Assembly (NCBI GenBank): GCA_964430315.1
Contig: CAYSGY010000002.1
Location: 1 to 58,782 of the forward strand
DNA: 58,782 nucleotides
Direction: 5' to 3'
Source of the DNA: an uncultured Planctomycetaceae bacterium
GTDB lineage: Bacteria > Planctomycetota > Planctomycetia > Pirellulales > Thermoguttaceae
The position numbers were made by a program, and so were the translations under genes. Within the stretch, counting starts at the first letter, position 1, and each line of letters begins with the position of its first letter. This document shows positions 50,501-56,500 of the stretch, piece after piece. Under the pieces are notes generated by a model. The model saw only the letters and a list, made by a program, of their open reading frames with translations, ran no database searches and was not told the origin of the DNA.

Positions 50501-53500
50501 CCAACCGGATCGTCTTCGCCTCGGACCGGGGTGGGTTCTCGACCTACGACATCTACATTTACGACAGCCGGACGCCCGCCGTCCCGACGCAGCTCACCAA
50601 CACGCCGGGCTACGATGAGCGCATGCCCTCCTACAGCGCCGTCAAGAACCAGCTCTTGTACGTCGCAGACGACGGGAAGGGGACGGGCAAGGACATCTGG
50701 CTCGATACGTTCAACTTCGCCGGCGGCGGCAGCAACTGGCTGCGCAATATCACCGCCGACTGGAACGACTCCATCGTCAGCGACGAGGTTTGGCCTCGCT
50801 TCAGCGACGACGGCAATACGATCCTGTTCAGCTCGGATCACAACAACGGGAACTTCGAGCTCTATACGACCGACTGGTTCGGCACCTGGTTCGGCTCGCA
50901 GCGTCAAACGGTCTCCGAAGCCAACGAGATCATGGGCGAGTTTGTGGGCACGACCGGCTACCTCTTCGCGTCGAACGAGAGCGGCAGCTACCAGATCTAC
51001 GCGATGCCCGCAGGCGGCTCGGCGACCCAAATCACGTTCCCCTACGCCCCGCCGCGGGGGAACTACCCGACGCTTTCGACCAACAACGGGGCCGTGGCCC
51101 TCTACGACCCCGGCTTCCACCTCGGCGAGTACGTCGACTTCGAGGACGAGGCGCTGCCCAACGACACCGCGACCGGCGACGACGAAAACGCCGGCGGCAC
51201 GACCAGCGGCGTGCCCGTGCCGGCCCCGGGCGACGAGGACGGCATTACCTTCGAGGTCTACGACAGCGGCACGGGCCTGCCCATCCTCCACTCCGGAATC
51301 GCCAACACGATCACCGTGAAGGTGGTCAACACCGGCGGCACGACCGGCTACCTGAACGCCTGGCTCGACTTCGACGGGAACGGCTCCTGGGGCGATACGC
51401 TCCATGCCGGGACCGCGTGGGAAGCCTCGGAACACGTGCTGGTCAACGAGTACTTGGGCACGACCTCGCAGGACGCGATCGAACTGACGATCACGGTGCC
51501 GTGGTACCTGACCGGCAAGGACACGTTCCTTCGCTTCCGCCTGACCGAGGCCGCGATTCCCGACACCATTCTCGACGGCTATGCGGGCACGGCGTCGACG
51601 CTCGACGGCGGCCGCCAGCCGATCCGCGGCGAGGTGGAGGACTATCTGGTCACCATCGCGGCGCCGACGGTGGACTTCGGCGACGCCCCGGACGGCGTCA
51701 CGCCGCTTCCCGATCGCCCGGTCAGCACCTACCCGACCCGCGACTACTCGACCGGCTCGTACACCGATTCGTACACCGGCCGCGGAGCGCGGAGCCTCGT
51801 TGACGCGACCTCGCCGTACCTCGGCGGAGGAGTGGATTTCGAGACCGACGGCAACACCAACGGCTACGCCGACGGCGACGACACGACCGACATCGACGAC
51901 GAAGACGGCGTCCGGATCGTCAGCCACGATGGCCTCCTGCGGATCTATCAACCGGACCGGCCCGTCGCGGAGAGCACCAACACGCTGGAGGTGATCGTCA
52001 ACGGGGACGGCTACCTGAACATTTGGATCGACTACGACTTCGACGGGAACTTCACCGGCGCCGGCGAGCAGCTTGTTCTCAACAACAGCATCTGGGACCC
52101 GATCGCCGGGGTCTACACGCCTCTCACGCTCGCCACCGACGGAACGGTGAACTCGATCGATTTCCTGACGCCGTCGGGGGTCGAGGCGCACTACAGCTTC
52201 ATGCGGGTCCGGTACACCGACCGGGCCGACGTGGGGCCCGACGGCGGCGGCGCCGCCGACAACCAGTTGCTCCTCACGCGCGGCGAGGTGGAAGACTACG
52301 CCGTGACGCTGGTCCGGCCCAGCGCGAGGATCAGCGGGTACAAGTTCGACGACAACAATGCCGACGGGATGTGGAACAGCAGCCCCACCGGCGCGATCCC
52401 GCCGATCCAACTGGCCACTTCCGGCTCCGTGCTGGCGATCTCCGGCGCCGACGAGGGGTCCTACGCCGTGGCCCTGCCCTTCTCCTTCGAGTTCTACGGG
52501 CAGAGCTACACCCAGATGTACGCGAACGCCAACGGGAACGTGACCTTCGGGCTGGCGCAGCGGGACAACGCCCCGATCGGATTCACCCAGGACCTGCCCA
52601 TGCTGGCCGCCTTCTGGGGCGACGTCGACATGACCGGTACCGGCGAGGTCCGCGTCACGACCGGGAACAGCGTGCGCAACCAGCCGTTCGTGCAGGTCGA
52701 TTGGATCGACGTGGGCTACTACGACGGCCACACCGATCTCGTGAACAACTTCAGCCTCTACATTGAAGACGATCCCGCCGGCGACATCGTGAGCTTCGTC
52801 TACCACGACATGCAGTGGACGACGGGCGATTCGGGCAAGACCGGCATGCCGGACGGCGTCGGTGGTTTTGGCGATACGGGCGCCCTGGTGGGCTTCGACG
52901 CCGGGGACGGCGCCGGCTTCCGGACCGTCGCCCGGCCCGCCAGTGCCGCCGAACTCGCCGCGATGGAGCGGACGTACTCCTGGCGGTTCGACTCGGTCAC
53001 CGGCCAGCCCGGCCCCGCCAATCCCGGTTCCGGCGTGTCCGACGTGGACCTTGTGGGGGCGGACACCGCGGCCTTCGCCGCGGCGAACGACGACAACTCG
53101 ACCTCGTTCCTCTCCCTGGGATTCATCTTCGAGTTCTACGGGGTCGGCTACCAGAGCGTGTCGATCAGCAACAACGGGTACGTCAGCTTCGGCAGTTCCG
53201 TCGGCTACAAGATGCCCGTCGGCTTCAGCGCGCTGAACGACCCGTCGCTCGCCATCGTGGCCCCGTTCTGGGCCGACGTGAACACCCAGCTCAACGCCGG
53301 CAACGTCAAGTACCAGCTCGGCACCACGCCCGACGGCCACCGTTACCTCGAGGTCGACTGGAACAACGTCGGGTACTACAACGGCGGCACCGGCGGCGCC
53401 AAGGACAAGACCGACACGTTCAGCCTCTACATCGAGGATAATCCGACGGGCGATATCGTCGTCTTCTCCTACTCCGCGATGAACTGGACCACGGGCAGCT

Positions 53501-56500
53501 ACGACGGCGGCACCGGCGGCCTCGGCGGCAATGGCGCCCAGATCGGCTTCTACTCGGGCGTGGCCGACGCGTACTTGAACGTCATGCGGCCCGACAGCCA
53601 GGCGGACCTCGACCTGCTCGTCTCGCAGCCCCAGGGGCAGTTGACCTGGCGGTTCGATCCGACCACCGGCCTGCCGGGACGCACGGAGACCGGTCTTGCG
53701 GGCGTCCAGGTGTACCTCGACATGAACGAGAACGGGCAGTGGGACACCGGCGAGCCGATCACCACCACCCAGAAAGACGATCCGACCACCGATGTCAACG
53801 AACTCGGGTACTACGAATTCGCGGACAACTGGCCCGGCCGGTACACCATCCGCGAGATGGTGCCCCTCGGGTACGAGCAGACGGCACCGATCGACGGCTA
53901 CTATTCGGTCTTCCTGAGCCAGCCGCACCAGCCGGGCAACCCGGAGGAAGGCCCGGTCCTGGCCGACGCGGTCTTCGGCAATCACAAACTGGCCCAGTTG
54001 ACGGTCTCCCCGGCCACCCGGAACGTCGGCGAAGGCGACACCGGCGAGCGGACCCCGGTCGTCGTGGACGTGACCATGACCGGCTCCTTCGGCGCGGATG
54101 TGACCTTCACCTACGAGGTGAACGACGGCACCGCCACCCGGGCCGACAACGATTACGAGGGCACCGGCGGTACGGTCACGATCGGCGCCGAATTGACGCC
54201 GGAGAACCAGTGGACCTACGACGATCTCGGCGCGGCGGTCGCGGGCAGCAGCTACACGTACGCCCTGTCGGGCAACGTGACCGCCTGGTACCGGTACGTC
54301 GACACCACGAACACGCAGGTGTTCGTCAACATCTGGTATCCGGAGACGCAGACCGACGACACCTTCCAGATCAGTTCGAGGGCCGGGGAAACCCAGACGA
54401 CGGCGAACGCCGATATCGCCGTCTACTCCTACACCGACGGCGCCGGCCAGTCTCAGTTCTACGTAACCTGGGCCGGCAAGGTGGTCGGATCGGGCGTCTA
54501 CACGGTCTTCCTGTACGATTCCGCCACCGACAAAGTCAGTTCCATCAACACCCTGGCCGGGAGGGTCAGCACCTACGATCAGAGAAGTCCGCAGGTCTCA
54601 GGGACCTACGTGACCTGGGCCGAGCAGACGTCGACCGGGCGTCGCGCGATCTACACCTACGATCTTGCGACGAAGGCGGTCACGAAGATCTCCAACGACC
54701 TGTTCGACAACACCATCCCGCAGATCGACGGCAGCACCATCGTATGGACCGGGAAGGCCACGTCGGCCTCCGAGGTCTTCGTCTACGTCACCGACCCCAG
54801 CTACGGGACCGTGGGCCGCAGGCGGCTGACCAATGACGGCCGCGAGGACAGCTCCCCGCAGGTCTCGGGCGGAAACGTGGTCTGGCAGGCCAACATCAAC
54901 GGCAAGTGGCAGCTCTACCTCTACAATCTCAATAGCGCCACGACGACGGCCGTCACCAGCGACGCCGACTACAGCAACATCACCCCGCAGATCTCCGGAA
55001 ACAACCTCGTCTGGACGAAGATCTACCAGCCCGCCAGTGGGACCTCCACCTCGGCGATCATGTACTACGACATCAGTTCGGGGAACGTCACGCGGGCGAA
55101 GGCGATCTCCACGGGGCCCTGGTCGCTCAACGAGAGTCCCAGCATCGAGGGCGACTCGATCGTCTGGACCATGTACGACGGGGCCAACTGGCAAGTGGTC
55201 TACTACGAGGCCGGCGCCGGGCAAATGGCCCACAACATCTCGTTCGACTTCTCCAACGCCAACTACCACACGAAGCCGCTGGTTTCGGCCGGCGACACGC
55301 CCGTCGTCGTCTGGCGCGAGCAGCAGGGGAGCAGCTCGAGCTATCGAGTGGTCCGTGCCACCCCCACCCCGTTCAAGATCACAAAGAACGTCACGACGAC
55401 GATCATCGGAGACGACAGGGGCGAGGACGACGAGAACTTCTTCGTCAAGATCACCGGCGCCACCCTGGCCACCGTCGACCAGCCCGCCGACGGCGCAAAG
55501 ATCGTCATCGTCAACGACGACACCTGGATCGTCACGGGCAGCACGGGCGACGATACGTTCACCTACAACATGGTGGACGGCACCATCACCCTCGAGAACG
55601 CCGGCGGCACCACCACGTTCCCGTTCGGCCGCAACTACACCTTCGACGGCAACGGCGGCAACGACAGGGTCGTGTTCATCGGTCCGGAAGGCGGTGTCCC
55701 CGTCATGGTCGAGCTGTGGCAGAGCCACGGCGACTACTACGACGCCAACGGGGCGCTGCTCACCACCAGCGACGTCGACATCCAACTCGCCATCAGCAAT
55801 GGCGACCACGATACGGCGATCCTCCACGACACCGCCGGGAGCGACACCTTGACGGCCTCCCCGACGGTTGTCGAGTTGAAAGAATACGTCCGCGGAGTGA
55901 CAACCGACTACTACGAGCGGGTCGAGGGCTTCCGCACCGTGACCGCGCATGCCAGCGGGGCGCTTCCGGACAGCGACGATCCGGCCGACACGGATTCCAA
56001 CGACCGGGGCGATTACGCCTTCCTCCAGGATTCCAGCGGCGCCGACCTCTTGGTCGCCAAACCTCGCAACACCATGCTCTCGGACGTCAACAACGAAATC
56101 TACTCGGTGCAGGCCCTCGGGTTCCCGACGGTCCAGGCGCGTGCCACGGCCGTCAGCGGCGTGGTCGACCGGGCGGAGTTCGAGGGATATGATTCCGCGA
56201 CGGGCACCAGCGCCGTGTTCTGGGGCCGCCCCGGGAGCGCGGCGTTCTCGCCGGAGGGCGTGCCGGGGGCCACCTGGTTCGCGAACATCGCCCAAGGCTT
56301 CGGCGATGTCGAAGCGTCGTCCAACCGGAGCGACGATATCGCCCGGCTCTTCGGCTCCACCGGCGACGACACCTTCACGTCCGACTCGTCCGCCGCCACC
56401 CTGGTGAGCACGGTTGGTGGGCTCTCGTACACGTCGAAGGCCAACGCCTTCCGCAAGGTCTACGCGACCGCAACGGCGGGCGGCACCGATACGGCCACCA

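Larger units (their letters stand above)
43006..52299 (+). repeat. Array of nine GEVED modules in giant B
   Basis: The GE[VI]EDY codon blocks start at 43522, 44620, 45208, 46351, 47020, 48547, 50090, 51628 and 52282. Module lengths mirror those of giant A, except that modules 6-8 are about 880 nt longer because of nested propellers. Confidence 0.8.
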
